From contig CM075995.1 in assembly GCA_038087875.1 (NCBI GenBank), forward strand, positions 2,234,001-2,298,000: a DNA stretch of 64,000 nt, written 5' to 3'. Under the pieces are notes generated by a model. That model was not told the origin of the DNA and did not search any database. It was given only the letters and a program-made list of their open reading frames with translations. The DNA comes from Malacoraja senta. Its lineage: Eukaryota. This document shows, in pieces, positions 51,551-63,738 of the stretch. How positions within the stretch are numbered: position 1 is the stretch's first letter; every line of letters starts with the position of its first letter. The position numbers were made by a program, and so were the translations under genes.

Positions 51551-52591
51551 AATCTAATACATGATTACAATCTGGAGGTGTGCGTTTTCGTACTTCTATA
51601 CAAGTTTGCCTGATGGGTGTAGGGAGAAGAGGGAGTGGCTAGGGTGCGACTCGTCCTTGATTATGAAGTCCTTAAATTCGGTTTATAATTGTGTAAATTT
51701 AGATTCGCGTAGGTGGGGCATCTGGGTTGGCATGGACAAGTTGGGTCGAAGGGCCTGTTTCCGTGCTCTATCACTCGATGGTCATTGCTAAGGGTTTTTT
51801 TTAAATTGCCACAAACAATATATGCAAACTTGTCTTCATTCAGTTAGTTGGCACAATGCGTGCCAGTGGAAGTCACTGCAGCTTTGCTGCCTCGGACAAC
51901 CACACACATCACAGCTGCCTGGGCAGCCGAGCACCAAACATGTCAATTGAATGTTAACTATACTAATTAAACCCTTTGTAGATTTCGCCCAAGTTTCAGA
52001 TGGGAAAGGCCCCAAAACAGCGTGATTCACACCAGCCAACTGCAACAAAACCAAACATAAAACTTCAATTACAGCTTTAGCAAAACAAACTATTGTTTGT
52101 TGCCAGGACTCGAAGGCCTGAGCTGTCGGGAGAGGTTGAGCATGCTAGGGCCCTGTTCCTTGGAGCACAGGAGAGTGAGGGGTATTCTTATAGAGGTGTA
52201 TAAAATCGTGGAAGATTTAATAGACAATAGACAATAGGTGCAGGAGTAGGCCGTTCGGCCCTTCAAGCCAGCACCGCCATTCAATGTGATCATGGCTGAT
52301 CATCCCCAATCAGTACCCCGTTCCTGCCTTCTCCCCATATCCCCTGTCTCCGCTAACTTCAAGAGCCCTATCTAGCTCTCTCTTGAAAGTATCCAGCGAA
52401 CCGGCCTCCACCGCCCTCTGAGGCAGAGAATTCCACAGACTCACAACTCTCTGTGTGAAAAAGTGTTTCCTCATCTCCGTTCTAAATGGCTTACCTCTTA
52501 TTCTTAATGGGAATCTGAGAGGTAATTTTTTCTCACAAAAGGGTGAGTGGGTGAATGGAACGGGCTACCAGAGGAAGTCGTTGAGGCATTA

Positions 52592-52958
52592 AAAGGCCTG
52601 TCTCACGAGTCTGCGGTCATTGGGGGCGAAACAGGAAGAATCTACCGCTCCTGGGCCGCCATAGACCGCGCACTCGGTCAAACGCACAATTCCGGGGCCG
52701 TGCCACAGCGCCGCGATCAGCACGGCCGCCGCCACAGCCTCGCAGATCCAAAATGACGTCATCGCAGTCGGCCCGCCCTTTTTGTTTACTTACCGCAAGC
52801 TCGTGGGACCAGCCGTTCTTAATCACTCGGCCCCCGCGCAGCACCCGTGCGGCGCTCCCGTGGCATAGGCTCGCCGCTCTCGCCGTTGCCGTGCGGTCCC
52901 CTCTACCGGTGACGCCGCGCTTCACCGCCGATGACCGCAACACCGTGAGACAGAGCCT
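52592..52958. mobile_element. PIF/Harbinger-type MITE inserted in a CR1
   Basis: AAAGGCCTGTCTCACG / CGTGAGACAGAGCCT, subterminal TGCGGTCAT / ATGACCGCA, TTA TSD; very GC- and CpG-rich. Confidence 0.75.
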
Positions 52959-55078
52959 TTACTATCGCAACATTTAAGAAACATTTAGACTGTGGTTTAG
53001 AGGGTTATGGGCCAAACGCAGGCAGATGGGACTAGTGTAGATGGGACATTTTGGTCGGTGTGGGCAAGTTGGGCCAAAGGGCCTGTTTATTCAGAAGCTG
53101 AGATTAACATTTCACGCAAAGGTTGGTGGGTGTATGGAACGAGCTGCCGGAGGATGTATTTGAGGAAGGGACTATCGCAACGTTTAAAAACCAATTATAC
53201 AGGTAAATGGATAGGGACGGTTTAGAGGGATATGGGCCAAATGCAGTCGTGGGACTAGTTTAGATGGGATTTGTCGGTGTGGGCAAGTTGGGCAAGTTGG
53301 GCCGAAAGGCCTGTTTTCACCTTGTGACTATAAACAGATATTTGAATGAAAGCTCCAGGTACATTGACTACAGTGTTTTTGTGCAAATACGAGAGGAAGA
53401 CATCAAAGGAGAAATAAGAACTCCATAGGTTTCCAAACATATTTCTCCCAGAAGTAAATTAAACCTGGATTTTCCTCCACTGACCAGAATTTTTTGGCAT
53501 AATAATAATAATAATAATGGATTTTATTTACGGGCGCCTTATACCGAGGTCTCAAGGACACCATACAGAGATTTATAGAAAACATTATAATCAGAATTAA
53601 AAAAAAAAATAGAACATTGTTAGCACAGATCCAATCCTGCCATGATCTCAACATATTTTCCTTCGGCCCACAATGTCTGTGCCGAAACATGATATCGGTG
53701 GATATTTCTAAGGCAGGGATAGACAATTTTTATATTAGAACGGGTCTCGAGGGTTGTGGGGAGAAGGCAGGAAAATGGGATTAGGAGGCAGAGATCAGCC
53801 ATGATTGCATGGCGTGGACTCGATGGGCCGAATGGCCTAATTCTACTCCTATAACTTGTGAACTTGTGATACTAAGATAAACATATCTCATCTTGCCGGC
53901 AGATAATCCATATCCCTCCATACCCTGCATATTCATGAACCTATATAAAAGCCTGCTAAATGAAACGATTGTATCTGCCTCCACCACCACCCAGAGCAAA
54001 CGCACAAGGTCACAGGAAGAACGTAAAAACTCCGTACAGACTATAGTCTCGAGTATTAGAAAGGCGCTATATAAATCCCATCCATTATTATTATTATTAA
54101 TGTGGCAGCAGTGGTAGAGTTGCTGCCTTACACCGCCAGAGACCTTGGTTCGATCCTGCCTGTACGGAGTTTTTACATTCTCCCTGTGACCGTGTGGGTT
54201 TTCTCAGGGTGCTCTGATTTCCACCCACACTCCAAAGACGTACAGGTTTACAGGTTATTTGGCTTGGTTATAAATGTAAAATTGCCCCTAGTGTGTGCAG
54301 GGTAGTGTTAATGTGCAAGGATCACTGGTCCATGAGTAAAGCCTGTTTGTGCGCTGTATCTCTCATCGAAACTAAACCTGCGTGGGTTTTCTCCAGAATC
54401 TCCAGTTTCGTCCCACACTCCAAAGACGTACAGGTTTTGTAGGTTAATTGTGTAGGAAGGAACTGCAGATGCTGGTTTACACTGAAGATAGACACACAAT
54501 GCTGGAGTAACTCAGCAGGACAGACAGCATCTCTATAATAATAATAATATAATAATAATCATTTTATTTACTGGCGCCTTTCTAAAACCCAAGGACACCT
54601 TACAATGCATAGAATCACAACAAAACAAAAAACACATAATCGGAATAAATTAAATAAAAAAACACCACAGTACACAAATCAAGGACAGAATTCAATTTCA
54701 AAAGCACCAAAAGAAAATAAGAAACACAAGTTTGAGGAGAGAGCAGCGGCGACCAATTCGCGCCAGCGTCCACTCTCCCCTCCGACCGCCATCTTGTACA
54801 CGGACTGACAGGCACAGGCACAGGCACAGCACACAAAATCATCCCCCCACAATGACCACCACTGTGGGGGAAGGCACAATGTCCAGTCCCCAACCCAGTT
54901 CTCCCCAGAGTCAGGCCCAATGAGGCCCAGTCAGGCCCAGTCAGGCCAATCTCTGCATTTCTTCAGTCTGAAGATGGGTTTCGGCTCGAAACATCACCCA
55001 TTCCTTCTATCCAGTATTGTAGGTTAATTGGATTGGTATAATTGTAAAATTGTCCCTAGTGTGTGTCGGATAGCGTTA

Positions 55079-55678
55079 AGGGCCTGTCCCACTTTCACGA
55101 CCTAATTCACAACTTTTTTACTCTTGGACATTTTTCATCATGTTGAAAAAACGCCCCGACCGACATTAAAAGTCTTCTCACCCACCACTCCACCTCCAGG
55201 TCCCTCAGATCGTCCGACTTGGGGTTGCTGAATATCCCGCGGTCTAGGCATAAGTTCAGGGGCGACCGTGCCTTTGCGGTTGCAGCTCCTAGACTGTGGA
55301 ACAGCATCCCACTTCCCATCAGAACTGCCCCCTCCATCGACTCCTTTAAGTCAAGACTAAAACGTATCTATACTCCCAAGCCTTTCTTGACGTCCTGTGA
55401 GCGAGGGCTATATGTATATATGTATGTAGTTTGTTTGTTTATACTATTCTGATAACAAATGTAAAGCACTTTGGCCAACGAGAGTTGTTTTTTAAATGTG
55501 CTATATAAATAAATGTGACTTGACTTGACTTGATGCCACGAATACCTACGACTAGCATCACGGCCAACTACGACCTACCTACGACCTCCTACATCCTCGT
55601 GACGACCATGCTGCGAGTATGAGTCAAGGACAAACTCGGCAAGGTCGTGAATTAGGTCGTGAAAGTGGGACAGGCCCT
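55079..55678. mobile_element. PIF/Harbinger-type MITE (same family as 32570-32827) inside a SINE, itself interrupted by an L2 fragment
   Basis: Same TIRs; flanked by TTA / GTA. Confidence 0.9.
55162..55530 (+). mobile_element. L2 LINE 3' fragment
   Basis: RSLRSSD..GDRAFAVAAPRLWNSIP..IR..SFKSRLK; 3' stem-loop gtaaagcactt..gtgctatataaataaa; (TGACT)n tail. Confidence 0.85.
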
Positions 55679-56274
55679 GTAGACTGTGGGGATCGCTGGT
55701 CGGCGCTGATTCAGTGGGCCGAAGGGGCTGTTTCTGCGCTGTATACTCTAAACTATACTGAACTAAACTAAAGTAAACTAAACTAATCTAAACTAAATTA
55801 AAAGTTTAAGAAAGAAGTGCAGATGCTAAACTAAACAAAAAATAAAGTAAACATCATTTATATACTCCTATCAGGAATAACTAGCATCAACTGGCATCGT
55901 ACAATTCCACCTGTGGCTCCGTACTAATGGAATAAATGCATGGTTTCTGCTGCTGTGAACTTCAGTGTGGATGGAAAGACAAGTATCTATGCCTCCTGCC
56001 TCAGGTTAAATGGACAGGAGTTAATCAAGCTTCAAGGTGGCGCAGTGGTACCTTACACTGCCAAAGACCCGGTTCGATCCCGACTACGTGTGCTTGTCTG
56101 TACGGAGTTTGTACGTTCTCCCCGTGACCTGCGTGGGTTTTCTCCGAGATCTTCAGTTTCCTTCCACCCACCAAAGATGCACCGGTTTGTAGGTTAATTG
56201 GCTTGGTGTAAATGTAAAGTTGTCCCTAGAGTGTGTAGGATAGTGTTAATGTGCGGGGATCGCTGGCCGGTGCG

Positions 56275-56743
56275 GACAATAAACAATAGACAATAGGTGC
56301 AGGAGTAGGCATTCGGCCCTTCGAGCCAGCACCGCCATTTAATTGATCATGGCTGATCATCCACAATCAGTACCCCGTTCCTGCCTTCTCCCCATATCTC
56401 CTGACTCCGCTATTTTATGAGCCCTATCTAGCTCTCTCTTGAAAGTATCCAGAGAACCTACCTCCACTGCCTTCTGAGGCAGAGAATTCCAGACTCACCA
56501 CTCCCTGTGAGAAAAAGTGTTTCCTCGTCTCCGTTCTAAATGGCTTACCCCTTATTCTTAAACTGTGGCCCCTGGTTCTGGACTCCCCCAACATCGGGAA
56601 CATGTTTCCTGCCTCTAGCGTGTCCAAACCCTTAACAATGTTATATGTTTCAATGAGATTCCCTCTCATCCATCTAAACTCCAGAGTGTACAAGCCCCAT
56701 TCTCTCAGCATATGACAGTCCCGCCATCCTGGGAATTAACCTT
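56275..56743 (-). mobile_element. CR1 3' fragment inserted in an HE1/V-SINE (56036-56801)
   Basis: LEFRWMRGNLIETYNIVKG..TRGHSL; (ATTGTCT) tail. Confidence 0.88.
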
Positions 56744-57578
56744 GTGGGCCGAAGGGCCTGTTTCCGCGCTGTATCTCTAAACTAAACTAAACTAAACTAA
56801 ACTTCTGGTTCATGTTTCCCTGTGCTTTCCTTGTCCATAACTTGCCAGAGCAGCAAAGGCTCCTTCAGTTCATTTATTTAATCCAACAGTTTGTGATTCT
56901 GTTATTCAGATTTAAAGACAATCAGTCTGAAGAAGGGTCCAGACCCAAAACGTCCTATTCCTTTTCTCCAGATATGTTGTCTGGCCCGCTGAGTTACTCC
57001 AGCACTTTGTGTCCATCTTCAGACCTAAAATACTTCACCTGTCATTTCCCTCTCCAGATGCTGCCTGACCCATTCAATTCTTCCCACACCTTGGGTTTTG
57101 TTCAAGATTCCAGCATCTGCAGTCTCTTGTGTCTCCATTTGTCAGTGAGTTTTTAAGCTGATGCCAATTTTTTTAGTTTAGTTTAGAGATACAGTGTGGA
57201 AACAGGCCCTTCAGCCCACCGAGTCCATGCTGACCAATGATCAACATTACTCTAGTTCTATCCTACACACTAGGGACAATTTACAGAAGCCAATTAACTC
57301 CCAAACCTGCTCGTCTTTGGAATGTGGGAGGAAACCCAGGCAGGTCACAGCGAGAACGTACAAACTCCATACAGACTGCACCCACAGTCAAGATCAAACC
57401 CTATATTAAATTGGATAGTTATATGGACGGGAAAGGAATGGAGGGTTATGGTCTGAGCGCAGGTATATGGGACTAGGGGAGAATACGTGTTCGGCATGGA
57501 CTAGAAGGGTCGAGATGGCCTGTTTCCGTGCTGTAATTGTTATATGGTTATATGGTTATATAGTCTCTGGCACTGTAA

Positions 57579-58199
57579 TGGGCCAGTCCCACTTAGGCGA
57601 TTTTTTCGTAGCATAGTCGTAGCAGGTCACCGAAAAAACGGCGTCTGGACCCCCACCCCCCCCCCCCCATGATACAACAACCTACCACCTAGTCGACGGC
57701 AAGCTACGGCAAGGTACCGACAACCGGCGACCCATTAGGACATCCACCTACGAGCACACCCACGGCAACCTACGTCCACCCGCGACAAGCTATGACAAGG
57801 TACGACCCTGTCGGCGACAACTGAAGACAACTTAAGACAATTCAGTTGGCGGTACCTGTCACCGGTTGACGTAGGTTGACGTAGGTTGACGTAGGTTGAC
57901 GTAGGTAGTCGCCAATGGAATTCACCGAAGCCAGCACCGGCGACAATCTACGTCACCTGGCGACAACCTACGGCATCCTGGCAACAACCAACGTCAACCT
58001 GGCGGCAGCACCCACGTCAGGCCACGATCGTTGACTGTCGACGAAAAGTTTTGAACATTTTAAAATCCAGCGGCGACCAGAAAAAAGGTAGACTCTTTGG
58101 GCGACTGAGGAGACGATACACGCGACACCCCGGTGACCATGTGGCGACAGCCTAGTCGCCTGTAGTCGCTTAAAAAATCGCCTAAATGGGACAGGCCTA
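57579..58199. mobile_element. PIF/Harbinger-type MITE inserted in a reverse HE1/V-SINE
   Basis: TGGGCCAGTCCCACTTAGGCGATTTTT / AAAAATCGCCTAAATGGGACAGGCCTA; TAA TSD; internal (GTTGACGTAG)x4 and many CGAC/CTACG motifs. Confidence 0.88.
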
Positions 58200-58452
58200 T
58201 AAGGCAGAAACTCTACCACTACAGCACTGTGCTGCTACATTACAAGACTATAGTTATGTCCCATAATGTGGTGATAGATGAGGCACAGGCCTCTGATAAC
58301 AAAGGACCATAAATGCTCACCTAATGCAAGCAGTATCAAAGAGTCATAGAGTGATACAGTGTGGAAACAGGTCCTTCAGCCCAACTTGCCCACACCGACC
58401 AACACGTCCTATCCATACTAGTCCCACCAGGCTGCATTTGGCCCATATCCCA

Positions 58453-59205
58453 CTACTATCTAAATGGCGTCAAGTTGGGAAAAGGGGAAGTACAACGGGA
58501 TCTGGGGGTCCTTGTACATCAGTCTATGAAAGTAAGCATGCAGGTACAGCAGGAAGTGAAGAAAGCGAATGGCATGTTGGCCTTTATAACAAGAGGAAAC
58601 GAATATAGGAGCAAAGAGGTCCTTCTGCAGTTGTACAGAGCCCTAGTGAGACCACACCTGGAGCATTGTGAGCAGTTTTGGTCCCCTAATTTGAGGAAGG
58701 ACATTCTTGCTATTGAGGGAGTGCAGCGTAGGTTTACAAGGTTAATTCCTGGGATGGCGGGACTGTCATATGCTGAGAGAATGGAGCAGCTGGGCTTGTA
58801 CACTCTGGAGTTTAGAAGGATGAGAGGGAATCTCATTGAAACATATAAGAATGTTAAGGGCTTGGACATGATAGAGGCAGGAAACATGTTCCTGATGTTC
58901 GGGGAGTCCAGAACCAGGGGCCACAGTTTAAGAGTAAGCCATTTAGAACGGAGACGAGGAAACACTTTTTTCTCACAGAGAGTGGTGAGTCTGTGGAATT
59001 CTCTGCCTCAGAGGGCGGTGGAGGCAGGTTCTCTGGATGCTTTCAAGAGAGAGCTAGATAGGGCTCTTAAAAATAGCGGAGTCAGGGGATATGGGGAGAA
59101 GGCAGGAACGGGGTACAGATTGGGGATGATCATCCATGATCACATTGAATGGCTCGAAGGGCCAAATGGCCTACTCCTGCACCTATTGTCTATTGTCTAT
59201 TGTCT
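58453..59205 (+). pseudogene. CR1 LINE ORF2 3' fragment inserted in a reverse CR1 tail
   Basis: RDLGVLV..KKANGMLAFI..LYRALVRPHLE..GVQRRFTRLIPG; (ATTGTCT)n tail. Confidence 0.92.
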
Positions 59206-59689
59206 AAACCTGTCCAACCCATGTACCTGTCTAACTGTTTCTTAAACGATAGTACCTGATGGGTGGACGACTGGCAGAGTGTTGCGGTTGTCTCATGCTG
59301 TAAAATTTGAATGAGCATGTTTACATCCCCAACAAGTCCTGGAATCACATTTGCCAAAAAAAAACCAAGGCTGGGTTTTTCTCATTTGTGTGAAAGAAAA
59401 GAAATCGAGACAATCAGTTATCTTACAATTAACATAATGTTGTTTCTCACATAATATTCAATTGTCCCTTGCATTCTGCACTGCTCTCCTGCTGTGAATT
59501 ACTCATTGTCTTTTTTCTACTGTTGGCAGACATGCCTTCAGTTGACTTGGGAATTTCCTCCCTGTATGTTTCTGGCTCTCTATTTCACTATCCTCCTTTA
59601 AGATATTCCTTTAAAGCTCCCTCTTTGATCTGGTGTTTTGTTTATCCACGATATTTTATGTGGCCTGGTGTCATGCTTTGTTAAGTTTC

Positions 59690-59792
59690 CTGAGTGGTGC
59701 CTTGTTCTCAAACATTGCACGGACCAGTTGGCAGGAGTATTCACCGACATCATTAATCCATTCCTACTTCTCTCTGTGGTTCCCACCTGCTT
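59690..59792 (+). pseudogene. Rex1/Babar RT N-terminal fragment
   Basis: LKHCTDQLAGVFTDII..VVPTCF. Confidence 0.6.
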
Positions 59793-59810
59793 TAACTGCT
59801 TTAACCCTGA

Positions 59811-60122
59811 CCAGTCTGTAGAAGGGTCTCGACCCAAAATGTCACCCATTCCTTCTCTCCAGGGATGCTGTCTGTCCTGCTGAGTTACTCCAGCTTTTTG
59901 TGTCTATCTTTGGTTTAAACCAGCATCTGCAATTCCTTCCTACACATCTTGTCTGCTCCACTGCAAAATCTCCTCAAGGTATGTCTACTTTGAAAACCTT
60001 CTCCTCCTCTCTCTGACGAGAGTTCTGCACCACATCATCGTCTATATCTCTTGTTTCCCTTATCCCTAACCAGTCTGAAAAAGGGTCTTGACCCTTCCTC
60101 CAGCTTTTTGTGTCTATCTTTG
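59811..60122 (+). repeat. tandem Penelope-like hammerhead-core repeats with spacer
   Basis: Decayed cores at ~59816 and ~60075. The spacer gtctgctcc..aaatctcctcaaggtatg.. recurs at 62800-62870 and, reversed, at 63370-63445. Confidence 0.65.
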
Positions 60123-60553
60123 CTTTAAGAAGACCACCGATAACCCTCTGCCATAGAAAGCAAGGTGGAGTGTCTTAATGACCATTGACTGTCCGTCCTG
60201 ACATCCTAAATCATGAATTAATTCAAGATCATAAAGCTCATAGAGTCATAAAATAATGCAGCATGGAAACAGGCCCCTCGGCCAAAACTGCCCACACCGA
60301 CCAGAATGTCCCATCTTCACTAGTCCCACCTGCCCGCACCTTGCCCATATCCCTCCAAACCTGTCCTATCCCCGTTCTCCCCTCGCCACTCTATCTTCTC
60401 CCCTCTCCCATCAGGCAAAAGGTGTAGAAGTGTGAAAACGCACTCCTCCAGATTCAGGGGCAGTTTCTTCCCAGCTGTTATCAGGCAAATGAGCCATTCT
60501 ACCACAACTAGAGAGCAGTGCTGAACTACTATCCACCTCTTTGGCGACCCTAA

Positions 60554-60869
60554 AAGCCCATGGTACGAGTTCATTCCAAGAGTTCTCCCGAGTTTGCCCT
60601 GATTCGAACTCGGAGATTTATGGTAATGGCCACTCGTCGGTACTCGGGGCTCTCGTGGACATCATGTTGAAAAATCATCACGAGTCTTCCCGTGCTTACC
60701 TGCCATAGCGAGTCTTCCCGAGTACCTGCCGTTAGCGTTAAGAGCCGCTAAGAGAAGTCCCCGAGCACTGACATACCCGCTACGTTCATTCTCCGTGCTT
60801 ACCACGAGTTTGATTTTTTTTTTACTCGGGAGAGCTCTTGGAATGAACTTGCACCATGGGACAGGGCTA
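60554..60869. mobile_element. PIF/Harbinger-type MITE inserted in a Rex1-like 3' end (60385-61037)
   Basis: Right end CATGGGACAGGGCTA; left end carries a small deletion; ~35-bp subterminal inverted repeat; TAA TSD; body related to 20065-20367. Confidence 0.8.
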
Positions 60870-61134
60870 TAAGACTATCCTTGAGCAGACTTTACCATGC
60901 ACTAAACGTTATTCCCTTATCATGTGTCTATACACTGTAAATGGCTCGATTGTAATCGTGTATTGTCTTTCCGTTGACTTGTTAGCACGCAACCCAAACT
61001 GTACCTTGGTACCTGTGACAATAAACTAAACTAAACTATTCGTGTACCTGTCCAAATGCTTCTCAAACATTGCAATAGTGCCTGCCTCAACTACCCCTTC
61101 CAGCAGCTTGCTCCATACACCCACCTCGTCAATT

Positions 61135-61350
61135 CCAGCCTCCCAAACAGGCATAATCCATTGCAATTCGCCGACTGCTGCAACGTCCTTGGCAGATGCC
61201 ATCTCCCTGGCCCGACACTCATCCCTGCCCCATCTGGATAACAAGGACACCTACATCAGACTCCTTCAACACCACAATTCCAATCAAATTTATCTCCAGT
61301 CTCCTGAGGCTATGTCCCACCACCCACCTCCACAACTGGATCCTTAATTT
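61135..61350 (+). pseudogene. decayed Rex1/Babar RT fragment
   Basis: ADAISLARHSSLPHLDNKDTYIRL. Confidence 0.6.
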
Positions 61351-63738
61351 AGTCACAGAAAGGCACAGAGCCACACAGCATGGAAACGGACTCTCAGCTC
61401 AACATACCCATGCCGACCATGATGCCAAATCTATGCTCATCTCACCTGCCTACGTTTGGCCCATATCCCTCCAAATCTTTCTTATCCATGTCCCAGTCTA
61501 AATGTCGTTATAGTACCTCCCTCAAATAACTCCTCTCGCACGCGGTCGTAGGGAGAACGTACAAACTCCTTACAGACAGCACCCGTAGTCAGGATTGAAC
61601 CTGGGTCTCCGGCGCTGGTTTCCTCCCACATTCCAATGACGTGCAGGTTAGTAGGTTAATTGGCTTCTGTAAATTGCCCCTAGTGTGTGGGTTAGAACTA
61701 GTGCAAGGGTAATTGCTGGTCGACGCTGGTGGACAGAAGGGACTATTTCCACTCTGTATCTCTAAACTAAACATCTTCCCTGTGGTTATCAATCTGTACA
61801 ACTCCTTCCCCTTCCGTCGTGGGGTAGACTGAGATCAACCCACCCCCACCCCCTCCCCAATCTTTGCACGTCCCCAATCCTTTCCACTCGTCACTTTGAT
61901 TACAGGTATTTTCTGTTTTTGTGTCTGTTGGCAGATCAATTTCCCTCCTGGGATAAATAAAGTTCCATCATAGCCTATCGTATGGTAAACAAAACTAAAC
62001 TAAACTGAACTGAACTAAACTAAATTGAACTAAAATAAACTAAACTAAACTATTTTGTTTAAACCTATAATTATTATATTTACTGTCTCGTGAGGTCCCA
62101 TATGTTACCACTCAGCCTCAAATTAGGGACAACTCACCAATTAACCTCTCGACCTGCATATCTTTGGGACGTGGTAGGAAACTGGACCACCCAGAGAAAA
62201 CTCACACAGTCGCCAGGAGAACAAGCAAGCTCCACACAGTCAAAACTGGAGGTCAGGATTATATCCGGGACTCAAGCACCGTGAGGCAATAGGTCTCCTA
62301 GCTGAGTCACACTGCAGCCCTGTGAAAGATTTATTCTCTTCGTGGTGTTCCATTTGAAAGTATATTGTGACTGAGATGTATGATTTTTCTTGCTTAATGG
62401 TTGCATTATCATAGAAACATAGAAAATAGGTGCAGGAGTAGGCCATTCGGCCCGTCAAGCCAGCACCGTCCTTCAATATGATCATGATCCAAAATCAGTA
62501 CCCCGTTCCTGCTTTCTCCCCATATCCCTTGATTCCGTTAGCCCGAAGAGCTATATCTAATTCTCTCTTGAAAACATCCAGTGAATTGGACTCCACTGCC
62601 TTCTGTGGCAGGGAGTTCCACAGATTCACAACTCTCTGGGTAAAAAAAGTTTTTCCTCATCTCAGTCCTCAATTATCGCTTTACCATCCAAGGACAAATT
62701 ATTCCTGTCCCATTGACTCACACATAAGGAAGAGGAGCAGAAGAAGCCATCAAAATGCTCTGTAATTCAATTGGAACGCGTGACATTTCGGGTCGAGACC
62801 ACTGTGAAATCTCCTCAAGGTATGCCTACTTTGAAGAGGTTCTCCTCCTCTCTCCGATGAGAGCTCTGGAACATCTCTCTCACTGCTCCCCCTCTGTGAT
62901 TCCTCCAGCTCTCCAGAACTACGGTCTGAAATAGGGTCTCAACCCAAAACATCACCTGTTTATTTTCTCCAGAGAATCTGCCTGTCCCGCTGAGTTACTC
63001 CAGCATTTTGTGTCTATGTTCGGTGTAAACCAGCATCTGCAGTTCCTTCCTTCAGTAGCTCATTTCATATACCAGCCACCCTTTTTTTGGAAAAAAGTTG
63101 CCCCTCAGGTTACTTTTATACCTTCCCCCCCCATCATCTTGAACCCATATCCTCTGATTCTCAATTCCCCTACTCCAGGCAAAAGACTCTGTGCATTTAT
63201 CTGATCTATTCCTCTGATCCTATCGGAGCTGTTTCATTATCAGGAAGGAACTGCAGATGCTGGTTTACATCAAAGATAGGCACAAATTGCTCGAGTAACT
63301 CAGCGGGTCAGGCAGATTCTCTGGAGAAAATAAATAGGTGACGTTTCTGGTCGAGACCCTTCATCAGACTCTCGTCGGAGAGAGGAGGAGAACTTCTTCA
63401 AACTCGGCATACCTTGAGGAGATTTCGCAGCGGAGCAGACATAATGTGTAAGAAGGAAAAGGGTCTTGCGTTTCTCCAGAGATGCTGCCTGACCCGCTGA
63501 GTTACTCCAGCATTTTGTGTCTATGCTCTATTATCCTACGACATATCTGATGGAATGAATGTACAATTACTGTACTAGTTTACTGACAGAACCTGAATTG
63601 GCTTCAACCTCATTCAATCCTTCACTCATCTATTATGGCCTTTAGAACATAGCTAGGTTTTCTCATTCACCATAACAGAATAAATTCCGGACAATATTTC
63701 TTGAAAGACCTGGCACCATGAGGAACTCAAAATATATT

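Noticed and set aside
57700..58020. CRISPR-like or iteron-like short repeats
   Set aside because: Irregular reiterated motifs inside a TIR/TSD-bounded MITE in eukaryotic DNA; no constant repeat-spacer period and no cas genes.
58361..59245. 294-aa ORF (longest in the window) as a functional gene
   Set aside because: 5'-truncated CR1 fragment reading in from a reversed CR1 tail; the RT core is absent and the 3' part runs into UTR.
59255..59296. possible 42-nt minus-strand exon (ttttacag|CATGAG..CATCAG|gtacta)
   Set aside because: The donor comes from the adjacent CR1 remnant and the peptide is unrecognisable; it cannot be supported without RNA data.
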